Shown here piece by piece: positions 47,899-57,522 of a stretch of DNA of 64,000 nt. The stretch comes from an uncultured virus (IMG/VR IMGVR_UViG_3300048502_000088) (Duplodnaviria > Heunggongvirae > Uroviricota > Caudoviricetes), in the IMG/VR virus record IMGVR_UViG_3300048502_000088, positions 1 to 64,000 of that record; one strand, given 5' to 3'. Positions within the stretch are counted from its first letter, which is position 1, and every line of letters begins with the position of its first letter. Both the position numbers and the translations under genes were made by a program. The notes beneath the pieces are model-generated. The model worked only from the letters and a program-made list of their open reading frames with translations, was not told where the DNA came from and did not search any database.

Positions 47899-48197
47899 TT
47901 TAGTTAAGCGTCAACGTCAGACTCAAGCATGGGTACTGGCAGATAACATACGGCACGCCCCGGAAGGAAATCCCCAAGACCAGGGTGGGGATGAAGGTCA
48001 GGTAACGCTGGCGGCGGGTCATGCGATCACCCTGTAGATATATTCGATCCGCCGTTTCATATCAGCCCGCGAGGTCGTATATTGCGCCTTGGCCTCATCG
48101 AGCACATACTGGCCACGCTTCGGTTTGGACTTCACGCGCGTGAGTGGCACGCGGACCCCACGCGGACGCACGTAGAATGCGCCGATGTCGATGATTC

Positions 48198-48902
48198 TCA
48201 TGATGCGAGCACCTGAATAATTTTGAACGACTTCAGCGTGTAGTAGCCATTCGGCGTACTGAGGTTGCTCTGCGAATTGGTGTTCCACAGCCTCCCGAAG
48301 GTAAGCGAATTTTCCAAGATCCGACACCGATACAGGTACGTGAAATCAGCGGTCAAGGCATGGCCGGAGGCGGGCGCTGATGAGTACGTTATAATTCCGG
48401 TCTCGCTGTCGAAAGTAGCCGACATGTCCTGAACGCCGTTGCTGTACGCGGCCTGCGCATATGATGCTGGCTGCACGTAACCTGAGCCGTAGCTGATTGC
48501 GCCTCTGGTGTCGAAACCGTAGACGGGCTGAGCGTTCGATCCCCAATACCTAACCGCCTGGAAACTGGTGGTGACGCCATCGCCAGTGCCGATCATGGAA
48601 CCTATCGCAGTGTTGTCTTCCTGGTCGCGGTAGAAGAAGCTGGACAGTCCACCGCCGAGGGAGTTCTGGAAGCCTATCACGTACTGAAGATTCTGCGCCG
48701 CGATAGCGTTCGTGTAAGATCCGCGCGACTGCATTGTTAAATAATCAAAGCTGAGGTCGGCGGAATACCGCGCAAATGACTGCTGCTGCTGGCGGGCCTC
48801 AATTTGCGAAGCTGACGTTTGGACGAGAAGCCCCTCCCAGGCATTGCCGCGACTATAGGTTGAGATCAGCCCTGGCAGCGGGCCGAATATCGGCGTGCTC
48901 AT
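48198..48902 (-). CDS. distal tail protein (DUF2460, GTA-type)
   Basis: IGTGDGVTTSFQ, GIITYSSAPASG..LTADFTY..RCR. Confidence 0.85.
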   Translation of the reverse strand: MSTPIFGPLPGLISTYSRGNAWEGLLVQTSASQIEARQQQQSFARYSADLSFDYLTMQSRGSYTNAIAAQNLQYVIGFQNSLGGGLSSFFYRDQEDNTAIGSMIGTGDGVTTSFQAVRYWGSNAQPVYGFDTRGAISYGSGYVQPASYAQAAYSNGVQDMSATFDSETGIITYSSAPASGHALTADFTYLYRCRILENSLTFGRLWNTNSQSNLSTPNGYYTLKSFKIIQVLAS

Positions 48903-49096
48903 CGCGATGCCTCATCCATAAAATCACCCGCGCCATTAAAGCGGCGGTAGCATGCCCTGCAATAGTATTTCCATTCGTTCGTGGTGGACAGGAAGCGCGA
49001 GTGCGGGGCGTGGCACGCGGGACACGGCGGACCTTCAAAGGCGTGCTCAAAAAACTGGAGTAGCTCTATCTCAGCGACCCCTATCTCAGCGACCAT
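48899..49096 (-). CDS. small Zn-ribbon protein
   Basis: CPAC..CRAC; 15-bp duplication at start. Confidence 0.55.
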   Translation of the reverse strand: MVAEIGVAEIELLQFFEHAFEGPPCPACHAPHSRFLSTTNEWKYYCRACYRRFNGAGDFMDEASR

Positions 49097-49427
49097 GCTT
49101 CATCGCCTTCTTCATCTTCCGCTCCGCCATCTCCCGCCGCACCTTAGCCTCAGCCTTCATCCAGTCGGGAATCACGATCTTAGGCGTAAGCGGGTCCGCC
49201 TTAACGGCCTCCCACAATACTTTCGGACGCTCCAGGAACGCCTTCAGCCTGACCGTTATCGCCCCCGCCGTCGGGTGGCATATCTGGCACTGAAGCACCA
49301 CAGAAGGCGTCCGCATCATCAGCTTCAGGGAGTCGTATTGCTGCTTGCTCACGCAGCCCTCAAAAGTATCGGGACCGACCTGGCGCACGGAGGCGTCCTG
49401 AATGGGTATGCGAGCGTCAGGTGTCAT
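49086..49427 (-). CDS. hypothetical protein
   Basis: ATGA-coupled ORF. Confidence 0.55.
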   Translation of the reverse strand: MTPDARIPIQDASVRQVGPDTFEGCVSKQQYDSLKLMMRTPSVVLQCQICHPTAGAITVRLKAFLERPKVLWEAVKADPLTPKIVIPDWMKAEAKVRREMAERKMKKAMKHGR

Positions 49428-50119
49428 GCTGCCACCGCCTCCCGGTAGCGACGCGCCCGCTGGTGCCAGCGACCGTTACCGGGCCACCGGTCAACGATCC
49501 CCTGCGCCACTGCCGCTGCCTGCTGAAACTCGCCCATCTGGTAATACTCCGCCGCCAGAAACTCCATACGTTCCATGTTAGGCGACTCCGCTATTTCCTG
49601 CCTCAAGACTTCAATGTAGCGCAGATTCTTGGCCTTCCGCTCCCCTTGCGTCGGGAGCCAGTGACGGATCGCGTTCGCTACGCTGCGGATCGAGCCGCCG
49701 TTGCGAGCAACGGAGGCGTTGACGGTCTCATGTACCCGGCCCTCGTAGCAGGCGGAGCGCGGGAACAGTCGCACGGGGTAATCGTCGCATGCCCTGTAAT
49801 CCGGCCCGACGTTGACCCGATGAAAGGCGTAGCTGTGTTTTACGTGAGGGACCGGCAATTCGCCCTCCAGCGTCTCGTCGGCGTCGAGGACGAAAATGTA
49901 ATCCCCGTGTGCGAGCGATATGCTGTAGTTCCGCGCGTGGGAGAAGTCCACGAACGGGATGCGTGCCACCGTCGCCATGTTGTCGCGGGCGATATCCACG
50001 GTTCCGTCAGCGCTGCCGGTGTCTACGATGATAAGCTCCTGCACCTGAGAGCGTGCGGAGTCTATGGCGCGCTGGAGGCGGGGGGATTCGTTTAGGGTAA
50101 TCATGCAGAGGGATATCAT
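49424..50119 (-). CDS. family 2 glycosyltransferase with C-terminal TPR-like helix pair
   Basis: ISLCMITLNE, VDTGSADGT, DFSHARN, LDADE, YEGRVHE; ATGA overlap with tape measure stop. Confidence 0.92.
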   Translation of the reverse strand: MISLCMITLNESPRLQRAIDSARSQVQELIIVDTGSADGTVDIARDNMATVARIPFVDFSHARNYSISLAHGDYIFVLDADETLEGELPVPHVKHSYAFHRVNVGPDYRACDDYPVRLFPRSACYEGRVHETVNASVARNGGSIRSVANAIRHWLPTQGERKAKNLRYIEVLRQEIAESPNMERMEFLAAEYYQMGEFQQAAAVAQGIVDRWPGNGRWHQRARRYREAVAA

Positions 50120-53052
50120 GCCGCCCTCTTGTTCGTACGTCGCATCTGTGACTCCAGGCGCGTCATAAGTTCCCTGTGGATCTGATCTACATTTGCCGCC
50201 TGCGGAGCGTTGATGTGGATGCCGCCCTCCCAATGGTGATGCGTGTCACCGCCCGCGCCTTGGCCTCCCACTGCCGGGTTGTATGCTTTTGGCTGAACAG
50301 ACTCGCCTTGATGAAGCAGGTATGAACCCGTTTTCGGCACATAATTAGTTCCCATCGACAGGTGCGCCTTGGGCCTGATGTCCGCGCCGCCCGCGCTCCA
50401 TCCGCTGGCGGTTCCGGGGTCGTTGCCGGTGGCCCCTGGGTCATTCGGATCGTAGCCTGGGTTGTAGCCAGACCCGAGACCATACGGGTCGTAGATCGGG
50501 AAGTAAGAGCCACCACCGCTGTCGTACTGCGGGCTGTTATTAGTGCCCAGCTGTCCGATCTTAGATCCGACCGCTGCGCCTGCCAACGCGCCTGCCGTGG
50601 TGAGCGCCGAATTTGCCAGGCTGCTGCCGCCGCCGCTTGAACTGCAAGTACATGACGCCGACTCCTGTGCGCTGGCGCGGATGTCCTGGAGCGCCTGAAG
50701 GATCTGCTGGTCGTAACTGATCTGCTGGCCGTAGAATGCCTGCGCCTGTTGCTGCGCCAACGTAACCGCGTTAGTAGCCGGGTCCGCGCCTGCCGTGGCG
50801 GGTGAGCCGAGGCCATGAGTTGCCTGTGTCGGTGTCTGCGCGGCGGTGCCGGTGGGCGTCGGTGTCTGCGCGGCGGTGCCGGTGGGCGTCGGTGTCTGCG
50901 CGGCGGTGCCGGTGGGTATCGTCTTATGCTTGATTCCGAGCGCATCCCTGAGGATGTCCCCGATACTGGGTGCAGCCGCCCCCTGCGGCGATCCGGGGCT
51001 ATTGGCGCCCACTCCGGTCCCGAGGATACCGCCCTTACCTTTATTTGTAACCAAAATCTTCAGCAGTTCAATCTCCCCGATCTTCACCGCCAGCTTAACG
51101 AAGAAACCCTCCGCATCCTCCAGCATCTTCTGCCAGATGGAGTTCAGGTCTTTCTGGAAGTTCTTCGGATGTTGAAGCAGGTCGTTAAAGGCGTGTTCGA
51201 GTCCGCTGGAGATTTCGCCGTTGAGGGTCTTGATTAGCTTCTGCCAGTTGGCGGTTTCGGCTTCGACTATGGCGGCGTCGGACTTCAGCTTGTCAATTGC
51301 CGCTTCTTTCGACAACGCAGCCAACTGCTGGTCGTCACGTGCAATGTTCTCGTCGATTAACTTCGTGTCGTCACCATGCCTATGCGCCTCCGCTAACGCC
51401 GCCTCGTCCTGTGACCTAAGCGCTTCTACCTGAGTTTTCCTGGCTGTGATGATTTCCTGATCGATGGTAGCTATCTGCTGCAAGTACTGCACATGCTGCG
51501 CAACGCTCTCACCGAAAATACTTCTCTCGCGCTCCTTGTCGGCTTCCTCGACCTGAACCTTCTGAACTTCGAGTGGATCTACCCCAATGGCGCCGGCAGA
51601 CTCCGTTACTCTGCGTTTCACCTGATAGGATTCTTTGCGCGCAGCCTCGGCGTCCCGCGCCTGCGCCTGGATGGTACGGAGCCGCTCTTCCTCCTCCCGT
51701 TCCGTTTCGCGGGACAGAACCTCAAAGCCCTCTTTCAGGGTGGCTTCTTTTTCCTTTATGGCTTTTTTGTCTTCTTCGGCCTCGATGCGATGCCCTTCGC
51801 GAACAATGCGGGCGAGTCCAGTCTGGCCCTCAAGTGTCAGCGATGCGACCTGCTTGTTGACCTCGACCGTCAACTCTTTGACGCGGTTGCCGTATGATTC
51901 CGCCTCTGCAAGCTCGTCCTGGCGGATTTTCGTCTCGGCGGCCTTCGAGTAATCGGCTCCCGCCTTGAGTGCTGACACCTGATCGTCGTATTTATCGTGG
52001 ATGCTGCGGGATAATTCAGCGTTGGCCTTGCGCTCCGCCGCGACCCGCGCGTCGAGCTGATCCTTTAGGTCGTCGGCCTCCTGCTTGCTTTGCTTGCCGG
52101 AATTTAAATCGCGCAGCAAGTGTTCTACCCGTAGCTTTTCGTTAAGCGTGTCCAGTTCATCGTTTATCTTTTTTAGGTTATCTATTTGTGCCTGTGCGTC
52201 TTGGTTATTGGCAAGCTTCATGCCAGTCACCAGAGGATTGAATGCCTCAAGAGTGGATATTACGGGGTTGGATGTCTGATATTCATCAGAGGCTATCTTC
52301 TGCTTCGTGCGTACTGCCAAATCGCTCAGATACTTTACTCTGGACTCATCGCGAGCCAGTTCCCCGGCGTCGAAAAATCCAGCAAGCTTCAGCCCGGCCA
52401 GCTTGCCCAACTCCTGCGTTATTTTTTCGATTTCAAGGTGCTCAAACTGGTCCTCCAGTTTAGAGAACTCCTGCGTGTCCTTTGCCGTCTGTTCGGCAAG
52501 TTGCTTCTCCGCCTCGATCAGCGGGCCAGACTTCTCCACCAAGTCGTACAATTCTTTCCCAACGTCGTATGCTATTTTTACAAAGGCCGCTCCCGCGATG
52601 TACGGGAAGAGGTTCGCCATGAGCGGACCCAGCGTAGCCGACTCACTGGCAATCTGTCCGAACACAAACGACAGTGGGCCTCCGACCTCCTGCACCAGGG
52701 CACGGCCAGCTAATCTGGCCTGGAGCATGGAGTAGGTGGCCTTATCGACGGGCGGGGTAAGTTCTACGACCTCAACCTTCAACGCAGCCAGCGCCGCCTT
52801 CGCGGCAAGGTTGGCTGCCGTTGCAGCCTCGACTGCTTCTTTCTTTTTCGCCCACGCCCCTGCGTTATTGGCGAGCGCTGCCTTTGCTTCGATAAGTGCC
52901 TGCGTGGTGGCCGCCACGGCGGCCTGTGCTCCCTTGTACTCGGCCTTAACTTCGTCAAGGCCTCTCTTGACCTCGGCAACGGTCTGTTGCATCCCGGTTT
53001 TTATGCCGGAGGAATCCAGTTGCGTGAGTATTTTTATGACATCTTCGTCCAT
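50116..53052 (-). CDS. tail tape measure protein
   Basis: 978-aa helical protein after the chaperone pair; C-terminal GTNYVPKTG..LLHQGESVQP motif. Confidence 0.88.
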   Translation of the reverse strand: MDEDVIKILTQLDSSGIKTGMQQTVAEVKRGLDEVKAEYKGAQAAVAATTQALIEAKAALANNAGAWAKKKEAVEAATAANLAAKAALAALKVEVVELTPPVDKATYSMLQARLAGRALVQEVGGPLSFVFGQIASESATLGPLMANLFPYIAGAAFVKIAYDVGKELYDLVEKSGPLIEAEKQLAEQTAKDTQEFSKLEDQFEHLEIEKITQELGKLAGLKLAGFFDAGELARDESRVKYLSDLAVRTKQKIASDEYQTSNPVISTLEAFNPLVTGMKLANNQDAQAQIDNLKKINDELDTLNEKLRVEHLLRDLNSGKQSKQEADDLKDQLDARVAAERKANAELSRSIHDKYDDQVSALKAGADYSKAAETKIRQDELAEAESYGNRVKELTVEVNKQVASLTLEGQTGLARIVREGHRIEAEEDKKAIKEKEATLKEGFEVLSRETEREEEERLRTIQAQARDAEAARKESYQVKRRVTESAGAIGVDPLEVQKVQVEEADKERERSIFGESVAQHVQYLQQIATIDQEIITARKTQVEALRSQDEAALAEAHRHGDDTKLIDENIARDDQQLAALSKEAAIDKLKSDAAIVEAETANWQKLIKTLNGEISSGLEHAFNDLLQHPKNFQKDLNSIWQKMLEDAEGFFVKLAVKIGEIELLKILVTNKGKGGILGTGVGANSPGSPQGAAAPSIGDILRDALGIKHKTIPTGTAAQTPTPTGTAAQTPTPTGTAAQTPTQATHGLGSPATAGADPATNAVTLAQQQAQAFYGQQISYDQQILQALQDIRASAQESASCTCSSSGGGSSLANSALTTAGALAGAAVGSKIGQLGTNNSPQYDSGGGSYFPIYDPYGLGSGYNPGYDPNDPGATGNDPGTASGWSAGGADIRPKAHLSMGTNYVPKTGSYLLHQGESVQPKAYNPAVGGQGAGGDTHHHWEGGIHINAPQAANVDQIHRELMTRLESQMRRTNKRAA
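50828..50916 (-). repeat. 3 x 30-bp coding repeat (PTGTAAQTPT)
   Basis: read directly. Confidence 0.9.
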
Positions 53053-53303
53053 CAGGCGGTCCTCCGTTTTTGCGGCACAACCGCAGGTCGAGGCAATCGC
53101 TTCATCAGATCCGCAATCTTCACCCGCTGCGCTTCACAGGACAGCGCCGCGTTCAGCAGATCGTCGGCATTCCGCCGAACGATACCACGCAGGTTAACGA
53201 TGGCGTTATCTTGCTTTTTTACCTCTGCGCGTAGCTCCGTGTTCTGCTGTTCAGGCAGGCGGAATGTCTCGAATCTTCGGAGGAGCCAGAATGCGATCCT
53301 CAT
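53052..53303 (-). CDS. hypothetical protein
   Basis: coupled ORF. Confidence 0.5.
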   Translation of the reverse strand: MRIAFWLLRRFETFRLPEQQNTELRAEVKKQDNAIVNLRGIVRRNADDLLNAALSCEAQRVKIADLMKRLPRPAVVPQKRRTA

Positions 53304-53593
53304 CGCCGTGCCGCTCCGTTCTGGTACTGCTTATTGCGATTTAGCAGCGGAGCCACCGCAGGCAGCGGGGCGACCACAGGTACTACCGGCTTAACCGCAG
53401 GCTGCTGCGGGACGTGCTCGAAGTCCGCGAGGGGGTCGGCTGGGCGCTTAAAAAAGAACCATAGCCGACCCATGTCAACAGCATAGTTCTCCCACCCGGA
53501 CTGCCCCATTTTGGCGATCTCCTGGCGGATCACCCCAAGGGACGGCCCCTCGAAGTTAAGGATGCTGTACTCAAACCTGACGCGCACGCTCAT
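53300..53593 (-). CDS. DUF4177-like small protein
   Basis: FEYSIL..MGQSGWE..FFFKRP. Confidence 0.6.
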   Translation of the reverse strand: MSVRVRFEYSILNFEGPSLGVIRQEIAKMGQSGWENYAVDMGRLWFFFKRPADPLADFEHVPQQPAVKPVVPVVAPLPAVAPLLNRNKQYQNGAARR

Positions 53594-54254
53594 CAGTTAA
53601 TTTTCTCCGAAGCCATCTGCGCCCGCGCCAGATCCAGGTACCCCCTGAGTCGTGGCTCCATCATCTCAATCGGCACCACAGGCACCCCCGTGTGCATGGC
53701 GAAGTCGCGGATATCTTCAGTGCTTGAAGAATGTTTCGCCTCTTCCGGTTTCCAGTTCGTGAACGCCCTCAGCGCCATCTGGAGCGCCTCGTTTGCCGGA
53801 GGGTTATTGCGCCAGCTATCGATCAGCGCAAAGAACTCCGATGACCAAAGACTGTCGATATACCGGAACGTCCACCCGGTTGCCGTTGCTATGCGCCGAT
53901 CCAGTTCCGCAACGTCTGTTAACTGGGGGCCGGCGTTTCCCCCGAGGATGTGCTCGTGAGGCCACTGAGGTCGAGGATCATGGAGTGCAACTCTTTGGAT
54001 GACGCAAATCCGATGGTGGCCTGAAGGTGAGGCACCCCTGCGTCGGAACCGAGCGGGCTGGCTTCGGTCGGTGGCGCGACCGCGTTGTTGACGCTGATGG
54101 CGATGGTGTGCCAGAACCGGGACTCCATCTCTTCCTCAGTTTTAGGCGCTTCCCTGGCTTCGGAACTCCACCTCAGAAGCTCCTTGGCCTGAAACCTGTT
54201 AAGCTCCGCGAATGTTATCGACGCATCGCCGAATGTTACCGTTTTCTTTTTCAA
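53593..54254 (-). CDS. tail assembly chaperones G/GT via programmed -1 frameshift
   Basis: G ORF 54254-53919; slippery GGGGGAA at 53943-53937; -1 frame open to 53593 (ATATGWTFRYIDSL..W..NPP). Confidence 0.8.
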
Positions 54255-54280
54255 GAGGTGGTGATTCTCCCTGGCGTTTA

Positions 54281-54649
54281 TTATGCCACACAAAGCCAAG
54301 CGATAAAAGCAAGGCAGTTACCGACCAGAAGAACCTGATTCGTGAGCGGGAAAATGCGTATCCAGGCGCAGCCGTAGCCGAAGGCTACCCACCAGAACAA
54401 TAGCAATCGGTGACGGCGCTCAGACGCCTCGTTGAGCGACAGCGCCATCAGCGGTACGCAGGCGATTGTGGCGATCCACCAAGCGTGGGCGCTGAAGCCA
54501 AGGAAGTGCAACCTCTGACCGAGCATGGAGAGGATGCCGCCGAGGAGATCAACGGCGACGAATGCCTGGAAATACTTGCGCGGATCGCGGTTCAGGCAGA
54601 GGCGCGTCAGTAGCGCTGATTCGAGCAGGAGTTCCAAGTACCAGAGCAT
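54281..54649 (-). CDS. multi-pass membrane protein
   Basis: about 4-5 hydrophobic segments. Confidence 0.65.
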   Translation of the reverse strand: MLWYLELLLESALLTRLCLNRDPRKYFQAFVAVDLLGGILSMLGQRLHFLGFSAHAWWIATIACVPLMALSLNEASERRHRLLLFWWVAFGYGCAWIRIFPLTNQVLLVGNCLAFIAWLCVA

Positions 54650-54654
54650 TTAAT

Positions 54655-54907
54655 TGGGACTTATATACATAACTTCCCCATGGAAGGATGCATAGATTCT
54701 GCCGAGATTCCGACAAGGCTCATCCCGAGCCGCTTGATGTTTATTCCGGCGTTGTGGTCGCGTCCCAGGACAAGTCCGCACTCGCACGAATGAGTACGTT
54801 CGGCCAGCGTCTTTGGAACCTTTTTCCCACAACCGGAGCACTTTTGCGACGTACCACGCGGATTCACCGGCACAGCCCATTTACCGGCGCTCTCAGCCTT
54901 GAGTGTG
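54655..54907 (-). mobile_element. tnpB: IS200/IS605 tnpB 3' remnant (Zn ribbon, RuvC-III, right-end hairpin)
   Basis: KAESAGKWAVPVNPRGTSQKCSGCG..RTHSCECGLVLGRDHNAGINI; no RuvC-I/II and no tnpA. Confidence 0.85.
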
Positions 54908-55059
54908 GAGGCCTATGGAATGCAGGATACCACTACGTTCCCGTGCTGCCGCCTGGACCGTCAGGGCTGGGCTGTGCCTCCGGCGCAGCCGTGGAGGGCG
55001 AATCATCAGCCGCCAAGGCGTGATCACCCCCTTTACTTCGCTTTTTATCCTCTTCGTTA

Positions 55060-55671
55060 TCAGGCATCTGTCTTCCCTTTCTTGTCCCCGAACCTCCCGC
55101 CAAAAGCCCGCTCAAACATCTGCTTGGCCACAAACATCAGGAACCCGGCCAGGAACACGTTCAGGCGATTGCCCATCGAGTCCTGCCAGTCGCGGGATTC
55201 CTTCATTTGCGCCGCCAGCGTGGACAGCTTCTCGTCCACCACCGCGTCCCGAACGTCCTGCTTGTCCAGGCGTAGACGCAGGTCGTCCTGCTGGATCTCG
55301 ATGCGGGAATTATCGCCCTGTCCCGGAATGTACGAAGGAACCAGCGCGCCAAGAATGCAGAAGAAGGCTAGAATAAGAAGCGAGTTTCTGGTAAACCCGT
55401 ACATAGTAGCCCAGCCTCTTCGGGCTAATTCCCAGTCTATCGTTATCGGCATAGGCCATTCAGTTCCGATCACAGAACATTTTTGGTAGTGATTACACCT
55501 TTTCGGAAAACCGTCGTCTCTTGCGTAAATCACATGCGCCGGGGATCGCAGGCAGACGAACGCCTGCACGGACATCTCATGGATATGCGGTTCGGAGGGG
55601 CGCCTCCGTTCGCGCTCGAAGTATCTGCATCCCCGGCAGGTGTCCATGTCGTTACCCGGCAATGGCCGCAT
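55060..55671 (-). CDS. membrane protein, TM-coiled coil-TM (holin-like); true start may be 55452
   Basis: two hydrophobic helices flanking a coiled coil; basic C-terminus. Confidence 0.55.
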   Translation of the reverse strand: MRPLPGNDMDTCRGCRYFERERRRPSEPHIHEMSVQAFVCLRSPAHVIYARDDGFPKRCNHYQKCSVIGTEWPMPITIDWELARRGWATMYGFTRNSLLILAFFCILGALVPSYIPGQGDNSRIEIQQDDLRLRLDKQDVRDAVVDEKLSTLAAQMKESRDWQDSMGNRLNVFLAGFLMFVAKQMFERAFGGRFGDKKGKTDA

Positions 55672-56474
55672 TAACCGGCTGAACAGAATGCGCGCAGAAC
55701 CTGACCGCTGGAGTTGGCGTAGAACTGGCCGGATATTTCGGGCATTGCGTAGCCGGAGCGCTTTCCGCCAACGTTACCGACATCGCTGACCTTTGCGGCG
55801 AAGACCTGAAGGCAATTGTTTACGCCAGCAGTCGGCTGGTAGGCATCCACAAGGAAGAGTTCGCACTGCGGACCGTAGCCCATGATCTGGTTGTTTGCCT
55901 CGTAGGTTGAGCCAGAAGTGACTGTGCAACTAAAGCTGATGTAGACCTGTGCGGAGGCATCGGCAGAGTCGAACGTGTAAACGCCGGTGCTCACGTTAAC
56001 CTGGTATTGGCCAGCCTGCGTGAGCGATCCGGTCTGCTCCTGAAGGCGCTTTCCAACATTCGCGCCCGATGCGTAGATAACACCTAAGTCAGCGCCGTAA
56101 ACGCCAGTGGCCGGGAGCGTGGGGGTCACGACATAGGAGGTGGTTGCAGGAACGCTGTTTAGCTGATTCGGAACCACGGTCACGCCGCCAGAGATCACAG
56201 TGTCGGAGAAGTAAATCTGATTGAACAGATACCAGTCCTTGCGACCGATGCCGAACTTGAATGTTCCCGACTTGTCGCCGAGTGCGGTGTCGTCGGGCCA
56301 CTGGTACTGTCCGCGCAATTCCTCCAGCTTACCCTTGGTCTCGACGGCCACGTCCTGTACGGTGAGCGGGAACACGGGCTGTGGAGCGGCCACCTCGTTG
56401 CCGCCGTTGGGCAGGCAAAAGAGCCACGCGGACCCGAACTCTATATAATACCCCTGCACTGCTGAGTTAGGCAT
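55671..56474 (-). CDS. major tail (tube) protein
   Basis: position; FGSAWLF..TVQDVAVE..KLEELRGQYQWP, GQYQV..GVYTF..AD; AAGGAG RBS. Confidence 0.8.
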   Translation of the reverse strand: MPNSAVQGYYIEFGSAWLFCLPNGGNEVAAPQPVFPLTVQDVAVETKGKLEELRGQYQWPDDTALGDKSGTFKFGIGRKDWYLFNQIYFSDTVISGGVTVVPNQLNSVPATTSYVVTPTLPATGVYGADLGVIYASGANVGKRLQEQTGSLTQAGQYQVNVSTGVYTFDSADASAQVYISFSCTVTSGSTYEANNQIMGYGPQCELFLVDAYQPTAGVNNCLQVFAAKVSDVGNVGGKRSGYAMPEISGQFYANSSGQVLRAFCSAG

Positions 56475-56497
56475 AATCTTTTCTCCTTAAATCTCTC

Positions 56498-56983
56498 TTA
56501 AATCCCCGTATAAATACTGATCGGAATAACACCCAAAGCATACTGTCCCAGGTACCCCGGAACCTTCATAACCTGACCGTCGATGAATACATTCGAGACG
56601 ATCCCGCCCAGCGTCTGATTCGTGCCCGGCAGCGTTCCCGCGCGTATGCCGCCCACGCCACCGATTCCATCCACCGCGTCGATCATCGGGTTGATAACGC
56701 TCATGGGGGTGACGCCGCTATCCTTGCCGGGCATTTGCGCTACTACAGCCAGCCGCCACTTCAAAACGTAAACCTGCTGGTTCCAGACGCCGGTACGCTC
56801 GGCTTCGGTGTCAACCTCGTCATCCTCGATACAGTAGATTGCCGGTAACTGCTCCGGGCTGAGTTGCTGCGGAAGATCCCAGGTGCGGGTGACTGTCGTA
56901 AACAGTCCGCCGTTAACGTTCAACCCGGACGGATTAAACAGCCCGTAGAATGCCAGCGCCACGGTCTCGCGACTTACGTTCAT
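56498..56983 (-). CDS. tail terminator-like protein
   Basis: synteny; PAIY, QTLGGIV..IDG, IPISI. Confidence 0.65.
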   Translation of the reverse strand: MNVSRETVALAFYGLFNPSGLNVNGGLFTTVTRTWDLPQQLSPEQLPAIYCIEDDEVDTEAERTGVWNQQVYVLKWRLAVVAQMPGKDSGVTPMSVINPMIDAVDGIGGVGGIRAGTLPGTNQTLGGIVSNVFIDGQVMKVPGYLGQYALGVIPISIYTGI

Positions 56984-57522
56984 GACGCGAACACCTCAGC
57001 CCCCACTTCCTTGATTCCGGCCACAATCACAGGAGCCATCTCGATAGCCGCCTTCTTGACCGGCTCCTTGGCATCGAGGCCGGGATGCATGACGCTCTTG
57101 AAGAAAACCTTCCGCCCTTTCCATACGAAAGCGAGCACGCCCGCCTGCTGGCCAACAGGCTTTCCCATACGCCCGTGGTAATTCGCGAATTTCTCACCGG
57201 GCAGCGTGGCGAACTTAGGAGCGATCGTGTACGGCCCCACGGTGCCAAGTTCCTGATACTTCAGGTACGGCGCAAGTCTGCCGCCTGCCTGCACTGCGCC
57301 CTCAGTGAGCGTCCCTGACGTGGAGGAGGGGATCATCTCGACCGACCGCGCCGCTTTGCCGCTGACCGCATGGACGACCGCGCCCGACAGGTTATCCATC
57401 ACCTTCGACTGAAGCTGCTCGTTCAGCGAATCCAGCTTCGTGCGCAGCGCGGCGTAGTACTGCTCCGCCTTCGCCTCGGTGAAGGATTGGAGCGGCACGT
57501 CGATTTGATAAGTCAGGGACAT
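56980..57522 (-). CDS. tail completion protein (HK97 gp10-like)
   Basis: APYLKYQELGT..LAFVW..VFFKSVMHPG. Confidence 0.7.
   Translation of the reverse strand: MSLTYQIDVPLQSFTEAKAEQYYAALRTKLDSLNEQLQSKVMDNLSGAVVHAVSGKAARSVEMIPSSTSGTLTEGAVQAGGRLAPYLKYQELGTVGPYTIAPKFATLPGEKFANYHGRMGKPVGQQAGVLAFVWKGRKVFFKSVMHPGLDAKEPVKKAAIEMAPVIVAGIKEVGAEVFAS

Noticed and set aside
56963..56983. MNVSRET peptide suggesting a chromosomal parS site
   Set aside because: The DNA is GTAAGTCGCGAGACC, not the GTTTCACGTGAAAC palindrome
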